Of a stretch of DNA of 64,000 nucleotides, positions 28,501 through 41,713 are shown piece by piece. The notes beneath the pieces were generated by a model, which had not been told where the DNA came from, ran no database searches, and worked only from the letters and a program-made list of their open reading frames with translations. The DNA lies in NCBI RefSeq assembly GCF_000181795.1, contig NW_003526941.1:4825811-4889810 (forward strand), given 5' to 3'. The position numbers were made by a program, and so were the translations under genes. This DNA comes from Trichinella spiralis (Eukaryota). How positions within the stretch are numbered: the first letter of the stretch is position 1; every line of letters starts with the position of its first letter.

Positions 28501-31500
28501 TAAAACATGAAGTAGGAATTTTCAATTTTCATACTTTCTAATTTCTAAAAAATCGAAAATTGTATCCAAAAGCTATTTCAAGAAAAAAGAAAATTCATCA
28601 CTTGCAGTATTTTTAATAAATCATTCAGTTAGCATGTAAACATTTTTTTATTTTTATTTATTTATTTTTCCATTTGTTTGCCCAAATTGAACACATTAAA
28701 CTACTGTTCCATCAATGACGACATCACCAAATGTTGATGATATCAAGTATGCGCATGAAAATGAATACCATTTAATAGGCTATTTTTGAAAAGGTGCTTG
28801 AAAATTTTCAAACAAAATTCTCGTCAAATTCAACGTAGAAGCAATTTTTATTCCATTAACGAACGGTTAAGACGCTTATTCCAACAAAAGTGTGTTTACT
28901 CTGAAGTATCCACTCGATGACATCAGGATGTAAACAGTTTAAACGACTTATGCCCAACTGTGCATTGACTGTGATTGGGGAAATTGAGCATTTTGCCCAA
29001 CAATATTCGGCTATAATAAAGTTATACTTTTTGCAAAAGGACCGCGATATCAGAATGGGACGTTATAAAATTTCACTCTGATTCATTAAATGCTGTTCGC
29101 ATTTCTATTCCCAAATGGGGTTGAAATTGAGCCAATAACAAACAACGCAGCACTTTTACAAGCTGCTTGTCAGTCGATTCTTTCTCAATTCATAAAGTTG
29201 AGCTGAAAATGAGCAGAATATTCCACAAGCTCGCCATTTCCTATGCTTACATATAAAAGTGACAATTTTCAATTTGAAAATATTTCCAAACAACAAGAAA
29301 TCTAATTGAAATTGATCTACATATACACTTAATATAATACATTGTTAACCAATAAAAGACAACAACTTAAACCATCTCCATAAATTATTCATCATCCATC
29401 AACTTGAAAATCAAAAAGAAATTTTATCCTTATTTTTCCAATTATTAATATAATAACCAATCAACAATTTCCATTACAAACGCGCAATTTCAGTTCATCA
29501 TTTTCTTCAATTATACTACTCATCTTCACGATATCAAGCAGATGTCGTTTGTTTTCGACAGGTATACACTACACCCAGTTTAAAATTACTCAAGCATACA
29601 TACACAACAGTAATAATACTTTTCACATATCAGTTTAGTATGCATAAAATTTTCTGTATGGATTTCTATCCTAAATCATCCAATCAAAAGTGACATTTAT
29701 TTATTTTCAGAAGGTCAATTCATTAGCACAACAGAGCTGCATGAAAAGCATCACGATGATTAAAAATGAACAATCACATTTTTCGCCACAGAAACTGCTT
29801 TTCTTTCTCAAGCAACCATAACAATAAAAATATATCGTTCAATTTGAATCGCTGACTCGATTTTCCTGTTATAAAACATGCTCCAGTTGGAAAAAGTTAC
29901 AAAAATAGCAACATCAATTCATTCCAGGCAATTGGAAACACACAAAAAAAAATTTACTATGCCATTTATTCTGTATGAACGAAACGACCAGAATCAATTG
30001 ATTTTCATAAATAAATGCCAACATTTCTGAATATTCAATCGGGAAATATCTACGAAAGTGGAAAAAATTCATTGTTCTCAAATCTCGACACAAAAGTTCA
30101 CATTAAAAGTAATAAAAGGAAAAGATGGACAATTTTTAAATGACCAACGTCATCATTTTCACAAGGGCAAATAATGTTTTGCTAAAGAAAAGAATGCTCG
30201 TTTTTAAAAACATTCTACTTTATTTGAATTTAATTATATACAATATTCATTCCTTTGATGTGAATGTGCGGTAAAATTTAAAAAAATTCAAGGAAAAAAA
30301 TCAAACTTAATCAACTTATTTTTATTTACAAACATCAAAATCAATTTCAAAGATGTTATTTTATTAAATTTAACGCAATTCATTCCCTGTTCAATCCTTT
30401 GTTCAATTAATTACAGTAGGAAGTAAAATTGAATTAATAGTAGTACATCTCAATTTTAGTTTTTATTGTTTTATTTTTCAAATACAGAACATAAAATTAG
30501 CCCCATTTTGAATATTTGGCTCGATATCATGTAAATGTTCAATGATTTAAGCATAGGTGAGAATGATGAGAAGAAATTTTTTTTTTCGCTCGAGCTCTGT
30601 TCGCATCAAAATGGATCTATCGATACAGGGGAACAAAAAGCAGATTTTGAAAAAGAATAACTGAAACCAGGAGTCAAATTCCATCAATTAATGGTCACTT
30701 TTTCTAATAAAGAAACAGGGAGAAATTTGACCGAGCATATTTGATCGTAGGATTGACTGGTCAATTTAAATTTGCCCTCTGTCGCAGATGAAAGCGGAAA
30801 AAGCAAAAGCGGCTGCTTTTATCACATAACCGACCGTACCGTTGTTCCCTGGTGAACAATCTGTAAAATTAATCTAAGCACGCGAACGTCTCAGTATTGA
30901 GAATGCCGCAGTTGTTCCGTCTGATTTTCAAAAGCACGTTCAACAAGTCATTTTCTTTACCATCAAATACACCACAGTGATAATCAATACTGAACATTTA
31001 CACAATTCAACACCGACCATCAAATACATACTCTGGACTAAATTTAGAATGACAAAAAAAAAACCCGAAGACTCTTATTCGAAAATAGATTTTCCTTAAT
31101 TGATCGTCCATTTCATTACTTTTAATTGTAATTCTTTTCAACTTCCCACAGATGTTGTTTTCTATTTGATTTTCAAAAATTAAATGTTATTTCGTCTGTT
31201 TCTAAAAATAACACTTCTACAAAGATTCTATATTTCATTCAGTTTCCCTGTTTTACACTACGACGACGATAAAAATACCAAATTTCAGTGTTTACCCAAT
31301 ACATGCAACGTTTACTTCACTTTCTTCAAGCACTTTCACCAACTAAATTCATACAAATAATTATAATAATATATTCGTAAATTGAATATGAAATGCACAA
31401 TAATTTATTACATTCTCATTACAACCAGAAAAAAGTCTATTAAATACAGATAAACAAAAATGAATAAGCCATAAATCAAACCAATATTTTTTCCTAAAAT

Positions 31501-33008
31501 CTAACCAATCTAGTTGTACTTGCGCGCACTATTACGGTATTAAAATTTTAGAAAAGCATGAAAATATCTAGAGGATTTTCAAATGCAATTTCATCTATGT
31601 CAAACCTTAGGTTGAAAATGATAAAAAGAGATAATCTTATACATTCAGTAACGCTATAAGTACACAAGCATGTTAAGCAGTGTTTGTACTTAAGGCAACT
31701 TTTTGCAATTGCAACACAATTTTCCATCAATTTCAAAAATGTTCTACTTGCACAGATATATGACATGTTCAAATTTAATAGACTGAAATTTATTTCATAA
31801 CCAGAATGACTATTTTGAAAATAGAAATGCCTCTGCAGAACTTCACGAAACATGTACTAATTGCGTATACGTAATGAAAAAGTATCAACTTCTTTAAAAG
31901 GAAAACAATTGATTGAAGTGAATGATCGCATTCAAAAAGAAGAAAAACGTGAGAATTTCTGGAAAAGTAGAAAAATCTAGGCTTACCTGAACAAATGAAC
32001 GATAAAAATGGTAGACGATTCACGATCACTCAACTGTGCGGATGGTTGTTCGAAAAATGTGAGACAGCTTTCTGAATGTCATGATGAACGATGTGCCAGC
32101 AAAAAAACCTGTAACAACATATTACACTTGAAATTATAAATGTCATTTCAGAAAACGAAACCTTTCAACAGATACTATCGTGCTTATTGAAGACAAAACT
32201 GTCGTTATACAATCAATTCACTTATTTCACGCTAAATTCATTAATGCTTTGATAACTGACTACGTTTTTCAGCATAGATTTTATATTGTTTTTCATTAAA
32301 TTAACATATATTAATCAATATTCAAATATTCAATTGGTTTCTTACCTGATTTTTCGGTACTGATTATTCACCACATCATCTTTCAAAATACTGTAAAATT
32401 TTAAAAACAACCAAGTTACAATATTCCTTTTTATAAAAAAAACGAACTGAAAAATGCATTCTTTTAGTTTTTCACCTAAATTAAAAAAATCATTTACGAT
32501 TATATGAAAAAACAGCAATAATCGTATAAATTAAAACGGTTTTTTTTACAAAATTCTACTGATCTTCAGTCAGTGTACTGTATTTTCACAAACCAGTCGC
32601 TGCATTTGCTCCGAAATGGACACCCGTCTACAAGCAGTGTCGTATGCAAAGATAAAATCTCGGTTGGAGAGCTTTTGCTGAGCACGCGTGAGAAAACGCG
32701 TAATAATACCACGTCGCAGGTAATTTCATCGTACCGTAAACCAAATTCAGGCACTAACCTAGTGGTGCAGTTTTCCGAACCAGCACATGAAATCGGAATG
32801 ATTAATGTTCATTTATTCATTGCTCAAATTGTTCCTGCATTGAAAGAAGAGAAAATTTCGCAGAAATGATTAATAATTGGTTTTAATTAAAAGAGAACAG
32901 AACTTTTCATTGTACAAATGAAAACTGTTAACAACATTTTCATGAAAGGGTAAAAAAGAATTTCAAATAAAATAAGTAGTCTGAAGAGTGTTTTGTAAAG
33001 TTAATAAT

Positions 33009-36000
33009 TCAGACCCAACTGTCACCAGCTGTCTGATAAACACTTGCGGCAGAGTTCGTCGCGGGGGATTTGGATTGCATACGGTTTCCTTTGTTCACTT
33101 GAGCATAGAGTGGATCATGCTGTAAATGGAAAAAAAAGAACAATAATGAACTGAAAATTAGTCGAGCTCAAAGCAATCACTCACAGTGCCGTAACCCAAG
33201 GAATGCGCATATGATGGTGGCGGATGATTGTGATGATGTTCAAAAGAAATACTCGATCCACGCGCGCTCAGATTCATTCCTTCCATTTGGGTTCGCAACA
33301 AGGAATCATCTGAGAAAAAAACGACGAAATCAAAAAAAATCTGACGAAAAAAATAGGAAAAAAATATATATATTCACCTTCGTATATGCTATTTGAATAT
33401 ACTGGATACCTTTCTCCGCCTGCAGTGCTCAAAGGCCTCGCAAGAGTGTTGGCACTGCGAGCTGGCAAAGAGATGAAATCTTCCTCTTTGAATCCAGAAC
33501 GTCGAAAAGTGTCGTGCAAATCTTTGTGCAACCAAATTGCTCTCAACACCTTGAAAATAAGCGCGTACAAGAATTTGAATTTAAATAATCCCAAAAAAAC
33601 TGTGAACAAACCTGACTGGCGTAAATTGTCACTTTGGACGAATAGCCGTGCTGGGACTTGGCCAAGAACATCAAACGTTGGGTTCCATTGCGTTCGTGCA
33701 TCGCTTTGGCGAATTCGGAATTTTTCGCCGTAGTAGTGTAAATCAAACTGAGTGCCGATGTGACTGTATCTTCAGAACACTGGGATGATGCGGCGGCGGT
33801 GAACCCCTGTGATGAACCTGGTGGAAGCAAGCTGACCAACTCGGTCATTGCGTACTTTCCTGAAACGAACAACAATGACAAACAGGAGAAAAATGGGGAA
33901 ATTTTCCAAAAAAAAACATGCTAATAAAATAATTTTCTACAAACCTATCAATTCTGCATTTCTGCTGTCCATGGCAAGATTGCGCAACGCCATGGCCGAA
34001 GCACATCGCACTTTTTCCTCATCCGTGCGCAACAGTTCAACAAACATCGGCAATCCTTTCTCTTTCCGTACAAGACAACGAATATCCACCGATGGCTAAC
34101 AACAAGAAAACAACAACAACAACAGTTAAAAAATAAAACAAACAAACAATGAAAAAAATACCTACCTGCCAATAGCAAGCGCACAAATTTTGCACGGCGC
34201 CGGCGCTAGCTTCCAAAACATCCGGGTTGGTGGATTGTTGGAGCAATTTCAAATAAAGCTTAACCGTGTCCTGTTTGAAGAGTGGAGCGACGTTTTGCAA
34301 ATCTGGACGCTGTTCGTAATAGTTGGTCGAACTGGCTAAATTGGCGTTGAATTTTTTCTTCAATCCTGCGACAAAGCAAAATCAACCAACGGTATGGTTG
34401 AAACATTCAAAAATACAGCAAGCAAGCGAGAAATATGCTCGCTTCCTTATTATTGATTCGCACCTTTTTTCAAAGTCAACTTCGGACTACCGGACGGTGC
34501 CGATTTGGACCTTTCACGAATGTTAGCAATATTTTTATCATATTTCGGATCTTCAACTTCTTGCAATCTGAAAATCCCCCCCAAAAAAACAACATGCAGC
34601 TTTTCAACAAAGAAGCAAAACACAACAAATATAATATATATATATCAACCTGTAGGATAAATTACGCGCCAAACAGACGACATTTTCCACCGTTTTGCTG
34701 TCAAAGTCTTGCTTCAAAGCCGAATGGCGCAAACAAGCAATCAGTGCTTCGATCAGTGAATCTTTTTGACGAAGTGATTTCCTTATTGAATCGCTGGCCG
34801 AACTGACATTACGAACAATACCGGTGGCGTTGCGAAAAATCAACGCCGGCTGCACAACCGCATTCGCTCCAGAGCCGGAAGCAGCCGCAACAGGAAGTAT
34901 AATCTGTTTGATCAATTGATCAGTGCATTGTTGATAGATTTGTGGCTTCAATTCCTATTAAAGAAAAACAATTAATAAAAATAATAATTGAAAAAACATA
35001 TACCAAACAGGACGACAAGTTCCATAATGTGCCGGTCACTTCTTCGACCACGACAACGTCCGACGCTTTCTTCAACAATTCCACAAGTGCCGTCAAACCA
35101 CCGCATTGAACAATCACACACTGTGTGCAAATAAGTGGAAATAGGATAACAGCAAAAGTGGAGAAAAGCGAACCTATTTATTTACCTTATTATCGTCGTT
35201 TCCATAAGACAAATTGCGCAAACATCCAGCTACATTTTTCTGTATTTCTGGTGCATCGTTGCTAAGCAAAGCAACGAGCTTTTGAATACCACCCAATGCC
35301 CTTGAAGAAAAATCAACCAATGAAATTAAAATTACTTTTTTGAAAAAAACAACAACAAAACTCTCATTTACCGAACTTTCTGCTTGACCGTGTCGTCGTT
35401 GAAAGTTAAATGCTGCAAATAGCCTGCTGCGTTCATTTTGATCAAACTGTTCGGACTGTCCAAATAATCGATCACTTCGGGCAAAGTTGGATCTCGGTAT
35501 TGTACTTGAAGAAAAGAGTAAAATTATTTTTTAACCAAATAAATTAATTAAAAAAGAAATACAAACTTTCATTCGAGTTGGTCTGATTGGGAAAACGTCT
35601 CAACGGCGGTGGTGAATCGTCGTTGTCAGTTATTGGTGGTGATTCTTTCGCTTCACGCATTTCTACAGGAAGTGGAACCGCGTCTGCCAATAAAATAACA
35701 CAGATTGAACAGAACCAACACGATCAAGCTAGCGGCATAGACTACTTACCCATGGCCGCCAATGTCGATCGCACAACGACCCTCTGACTCGGTTCGGACG
35801 GTTCAGAATATCCGATGGCATTTTTAGCGATCACTCTGAATATATATTCTCGTCCAAGCATCAAATCGCCGACTATAACAAAACAATCAAAGAGAATAAT
35901 TAGTATGCAAAAAATAAAAATCAACAACAATTGCTTGTTGTATTGTATGGTACTGTACTGTTGATTCGGTTAGCTTGGGTGAGAATTGCGTTGACCGGCT

Positions 36001-38516
36001 GCCATTTGCGTGGCGTGTGATTCAAGTCGCAAAATTCAACCTGGTAACCCTGGACACCGTTGACCATGCTCCAAGAAAGCGTCACGCAATTGCCTCTTAT
36101 TTCGATCACTTTCGGCGCCGACGGCCGGCACGGACAATCTGCAACAATTGCAATTTAAACAATCGAAAAGCAGCCCGTAACGAAAACGACCATCAGAAAA
36201 GAAAAGAAAAGCAAAAGCAAAGCATACTTTTCCCACTGTCCGAACTGCTGGTCAACAACAAGGCGGGTCGAAGTTGGACAATATCCGACAGCAAACACTG
36301 ATGACTCAGCATTCCGGCATGTTCGGAAAAAATACGAAATTCATAAGTTGAATTGGGACGTAAATTTAACACTAAAATAAAATGGAAGAAAAAAAAACAA
36401 GATTACAATATTCAGATTCAAATCCAAATTTATTATACCCGTTAAATTTGTATCTTCAACAGGATAGTCGGCAGTTTCACACCAATGCGGATCGCCAATT
36501 TCGCGGAACTGAACCACATAACAGCATTGGGATCCACCGTAACTGACAGCATTCCAAGAGAGGGTGCATCGAGTTGAATCGACATTAGTGATGCGTAATT
36601 CGGACGGTGGTTGCAATGAACCTGACAAAAACAAAAAAAAAACAAAATCTGTATATAAATTTTTTTTTAAAAAGCAAATTATCACGCACCAATGTCCGGC
36701 GCAGTGCGGTATGTATACGTGGACGGGGCAGTGAGTTGAAAAATGACACTCTGGCTTGCCGGCGAATAGCCGTCGATATTTTTTGCGCGTACTTGGATTT
36801 CATATTCTCCAGTTGGACGAAGACCACATACTGAGAATGAAAGTATTCGCAAGTATAAGAAAATGAAAATGAAAATGAAATAGAACAGCCAAATTGTTTA
36901 CTTCTGTAATAAAGGTCGCTAACCAAGTAATCATTGGCGCTGATCCAGTCAGAACTGTCGACACTTCGGTAGCAAATTTCATATCCAAGCACTGGACCAC
37001 CGGAACCACAGAATATCGGAGGTTCCCAAGCGACAACAACGCTGCTCGCGTCGCATTCGACAATTCTTGGTCGTCCTGGTGGATATGGTACATCTGCAAT
37101 GAAATTTATCCAATTAGAACAACACAACCTATTTGGAAAAGGGATATTTATTTCTCCAAGTACTTGTTTTCTGCGAAAGGCGGTTCGCTTGGGTGGATTC
37201 GGTTGAATTTTTGGATTTCAAATGAACAACGGCGGACAAAGATGATCGCTCACCGAAGCCAGTCGAATTCTTCGCCACCACACTGAACACATACTGCTCG
37301 CCAGGATTCAAATTATGAACTGAATATGAAAAACATTTTTAAAAAAATATACATATAACTTGTAAATAATCAATTTACCAGTAAAAGTTGTGTCCAAAAT
37401 CAAATAATCCGAAGCGATGTACCACGCTTCTGGTTCGCTTAATTTACGATAATGCACTTGATAACCTTCAATGTAGCCACAATCGCCATCACGATCTGGT
37501 GGCAGCCAGCTCAACGTTACGGACGATTCATCGTAATCGATTATTTGAGGTGCGCTCGGCGCGCTTGGCAAAGCTGAAACGTCGGTTGTTGTTAAAAGAT
37601 AAAGCATGAAAACATGCAAATTATGATGATGATAACCAGTATCCAGTGCTCGGTGAAAACGTGAATGGCCGGTAAAAGAAAAACAAATTTACACTGTGAA
37701 ATTAAGCCAACACTGCTGGTAAAATTTTACTCGTTTCCAAGCTTCAACTAATAATACTAATACTTATAATAATATAAACAGTGAAATTGTTCGAAACGTT
37801 TTCAAAAGAAAAATGCTTTCACTCAGCACAGTAAAGTGCTACTTTAAAGTAAACACACGGTAAAAAATAAAAATAGCAAGCATTTTTAATGTTCAACAAC
37901 ACAGCTTACCGTAATTGAGTAAATAATCGTTGAAATCACCATATCCAAGTTCGTGAATATGAGCACTGGGTGACAATGAACCACCGTTCGACTGTAATTG
38001 AGAACCTAGAACTATTTTTTAAGAAATTTTAATTTCAACAAAATTATACGGTAAAATAAATTCAACTTTTCAATCAATTTTTTTAAAAAATATATTAGCA
38101 TGCATCTCTCAAGGTAAAAGAATTTCAATTTCAAATATAAATATCACAGAAACATTGATCGGCATTCAATTTCAATAGAAACAATTTTGCAACTAATCTC
38201 TGTGATGTTTCAATATTTTTAAACAGCTAACAACGAACAGATGCCTTAAAAAAGAAAAAGCAACCACCTTAATAGAAAAGAAAAGGCATGGAAATAAATG
38301 AATTTGAAAGGAAAAAAAATTAATCACCATAATTTCGGATGAAATTAAAGAATTGAATAAAATGGAAAATTAGGCTAAGCAAATTTGCAAAACTGGTTGT
38401 TTTAAAGTATCATCAATCAGAGAATAGATTAGAGCTTTGTTGATTTTCATTCGAGCAAAGTGGTGGACATTAATTTACAAAAAAAGGGTAAAAAGCAATT
38501 ATTCCCTATAACAATC

Positions 38517-38557
<41 letters not shown>

Positions 38558-39102
38558 GAGTGGGTGGACTTTTCTCACGCAAACAAACAAATCAAAATTG
38601 CACAGCTATGGGGATTGTGCAATTTGAAATTTCAACAATAAATAAATAAATAAATAAATAAATAAGCGAACATCAATCAAGTCGGTTACCTCGTTCGTAG
38701 GCGACTGGATCATAAGGGGATCCGCATTCGTTGACAATTAACGGACGTCGGTCCGGAGATGGAACATTCTGACGTGATACCATTGTGGTCACTTTGGTCA
38801 CTTTGGTCGTCTACAACAATCGAACAAACAATACAGTCGGTCATAAGAAAAGGTCAGCGACTTCAAAGTCTGCTGCTTACTTTTTGACTTTGCGACGCAT
38901 GACGTTCTGGTATGTCGGTCGACAGTGGACCACAGTCCACTGAACGTTCATAACTGATCGACTGGGCAGCCACATTATAATACGGGCAATCCAATTCGGA
39001 CGCTTTCGACTGTCTGCAACAGTGGCAATTTGAAAACCGGCTAAAATGAACAACAAACTGGATCTACCTTTCTGAATCCGAAGACGTCCTTTGCACTTCC
39101 AT
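33009..39102 (-). CDS. jac-1: p120/delta-catenin family protein with 4 N-terminal fibronectin type III domains (JAC-1-like); 24 coding exons, ~1207 aa
   Basis: Hand-spliced exons (minus): 39068-39102, 38881-39040, 38690-38810, 37910-38005, 37379-37573, 37164-37319, 36902-37093, 36690-36830, 36439-36621, 36228-36371, 35959-36138, 35750-35872, 35567-35683, 35372-35504, 35186-35300, 35004-35120, 34650-34954, 34464-34567, 34166-34365, 33945-34095, 33612-33859, 33378-33549, 33185-33309, 33009-33119. All introns are GT-AG and phases are consistent. FN3 motifs: [25 protein letters not shown]. Armadillo repeats: [54 protein letters not shown]. The C-terminus has PLYAQVNK and ends GDSWV*. The first exons are less certain. 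Confidence 0.92.
38517..38556. repeat. (ATCT)10 microsatellite in a jac-1 intron
   Basis: Read directly from the sequence. Confidence 0.95.
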
Positions 39103-41713
39103 GCTTCACAACTGGACTGTAAATTTCACTTTCACATCAACGTTCATCTTTCGAGTAACTATAATATAAAATTTTTCTTTTTAAATTATTCCATTTCTGG
39201 CAACCATTTCAGCTTAACCTCTCACCAGCTGCCTATTAGCCAGTTAAAGGGAATTGAAAATACACAGGGAAAATAATTATCACGATGGAAACAGGCCCCA
39301 CTAATCGCGAGCAAAAATCAATAAGGGCCATCTGAACAAAATCAGCGTGAAATTAGTGCACAAGCTATTTATTATTAACGAATTTTCAAGTGGGAAAAAT
39401 AAAGCATCATCTTTCGTAAAGAGGGTCAGAGAAAAAAAATTTTCAATTTCAATCAAATACGTGAAAATTAATCAAATACAAAACAGAATCTACACCACGT
39501 CGACGGTCGGAACGAAGTGTGAAAAGGACACACGAATAGTTAGTTCATCGATAAACGACCGCAGCAGCCCGCATTGTAGTACACAAATGCGACCTTGACG
39601 TGTTGGAAGAAAAATTTCCAGAGCTCAACCATGACAACAACACCGTCCCCACATACCATAATAAGCAATTAACCACAGACGACCGTACAGAAACACGCTA
39701 AACACCAAGCAAGCAAATGGCAACCCTCTTATCACCCGAAACAGCCAAACTAGCTGCCAAGGGCAAATAATAGCCGGACAGGTTTTCAAGCAATCTCATA
39801 CATACATACATACATACATGTTCATGACAAAAATAAAAGCCCCACTGATAATTCGATTCAATTAATGATAATAAACAATAATCTATTTCGAATAAAATAA
39901 CCAACAAAACTCACAACTCTTCATATTCGTCTATTAAATGAACACTCATAAATATTGGAATGAAGAAATATTTCAAAAAAAAAAGAACTACAATATTACA
40001 ACTCAACAAAGTGAAAAAGTATTTAAAAGAACATTTCAAAGAAGGAAACAAAAAAAATAATATAATACCAAAAAGTTGAGTATTAATTTCAATACAACAA
40101 ATAACAGAAACTTTTTCATTTGTCATAACAAAGTTGAAATTATTTTTCAACAAACTGAAACAATCGGACGAAAATACAAAAAATACAGTAAATCAATGAA
40201 TAAAAACATAAATATCATTGAAAGAAAAATAATACATTAATAATGTTTGAAATTTCAAACAAACCACTGCCGTTATTGTCAAGAAAAACACTTTCAAGTT
40301 CATTCAAATGCATCTCACAATTGTAGAGCATTGACTTCAAAGTTTAACGGACGACAAAACCTTGATAAAAATTGCACAATACAAATATTATAAAAAAAGC
40401 ATCTTACATTTTGAAAATAATAAATTGAGCAACGTCTTCTTGTTGACCACACCTGTTTGTTTAATCCATTCAGAACAAAAAAATCTACAGTATAAAAATT
40501 ATCAAGGTGAATAGGCGATTCAAATTTTGGTCATCAAACAGTAATTTTGAAATATTCAAATTGATTATTATCTTTGTTAAGATTACAGCAAAAATATCAT
40601 TTGAAATAGCAATATTAATCAATATAAAATATTTTTATTAATTTAAACATTACAGTAAACCTATACCAAGTGAAAAATTTTCTAGGCAAATTAAAGATTT
40701 TCAAGCATAAACAAAAAGTATTGTCATAAATTAAAACAGATAGTTTCATCTAATACCCGATATGCTGCTTGTAAATGTGATGCTGTATCTTGAGGCTACT
40801 GTTCAAAGAAAGCGTAACAAATAAACTGTAACTTAAATTTGTATATTTGTTAATCAATCAGTGAATGATAGTCAATAGCAAAACGAGCAGAATGAACCAA
40901 CTTTCTTTCGTACGAATCTTCGTAGTAAGTAAGCGTGATGCTGACCTGAAGTTTCCTGGTGAATGCATGCAGAGTGAGTTACCAGGAAAATGCGTTGATT
41001 GGTCCGATTTGAATCGATCTGATGACAAGCGTTGCCCCAGTTAATTATTATTTTTTTATTTTTGCAGTCAGCCGTTCACGCGGCTGCTGCTGCTGCTGCT
41101 GCGCGCTCGCTATTCGATGTAAATGCTCGCTGACTGACACATTTCACTGTTGTTCAACATTAAATGCCGAATATTTTTTCTCTTGGCATTTATCAAATTG
41201 AACATGCTCAATTTTGTAAGCTTGGCAATTTAAGCCTTTTAAATACATTCTAAAACTTTTCCTATTATTTGAATGTTTCAAATACGAATTATCCAGTTCA
41301 CCAATTCCCTGTTTGAACGAACAAACAAATATCGGCTTTTGAAAATCTACAGTAATAAGGGAATTCAAGTTTTATCGACAATTTGAAATAAAGTCACAAA
41401 CAAGTATTGTTGCCTGTTGTAGTGGCAACGAGCTCCATGCTTCACTTTCAGCCACGTTGCTTTCTTCGAGCGTTTGGCAAGTTCAAGCAAACAAACTAGA
41501 GCAAAAACAATGTCAATTTGTTTTTGAAAATATTAAAAATCACAAAAAAACAAGCGAATATGTCAATAAAATAAGCACTGTAAATGTAATAATCAAAGAA
41601 AACTTTATAATGCACATGCATAATATGAGCTCTGCCTGTACATATATTACATATGCATGTAAGTTGACATTGAACAGATGAACCGGGAATGCGACAGTCC
41701 CACACGAATGCTG

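Noticed and set aside
32736..32756. taaaccaaattcaggcact resembles the RNase P RNA CR-V element
   Set aside because: No matching CR-I (GGAAnnUCUGAG-like) partner for helix P4 at a suitable distance upstream.
32754..32761. ctaaccta as a possible telomerase RNA template
   Set aside because: Matches the TTAGG repeat rather than the hexameric telomere repeats typical of nematodes, and 8 nt can occur by chance.
38594..38625. Hairpin aaattgcaca...tgtgcaattt in a jac-1 intron
   Set aside because: The stem is only ~10 bp and AT-rich, too short for a pre-miRNA, and no known miRNA seed was recognised.
40880..41500. Open frames downstream of the FRMPD2-like stop as possible extra coding exons
   Set aside because: No PDZ or PTP motifs and no clean in-frame splice path. 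Most simply 3' UTR.
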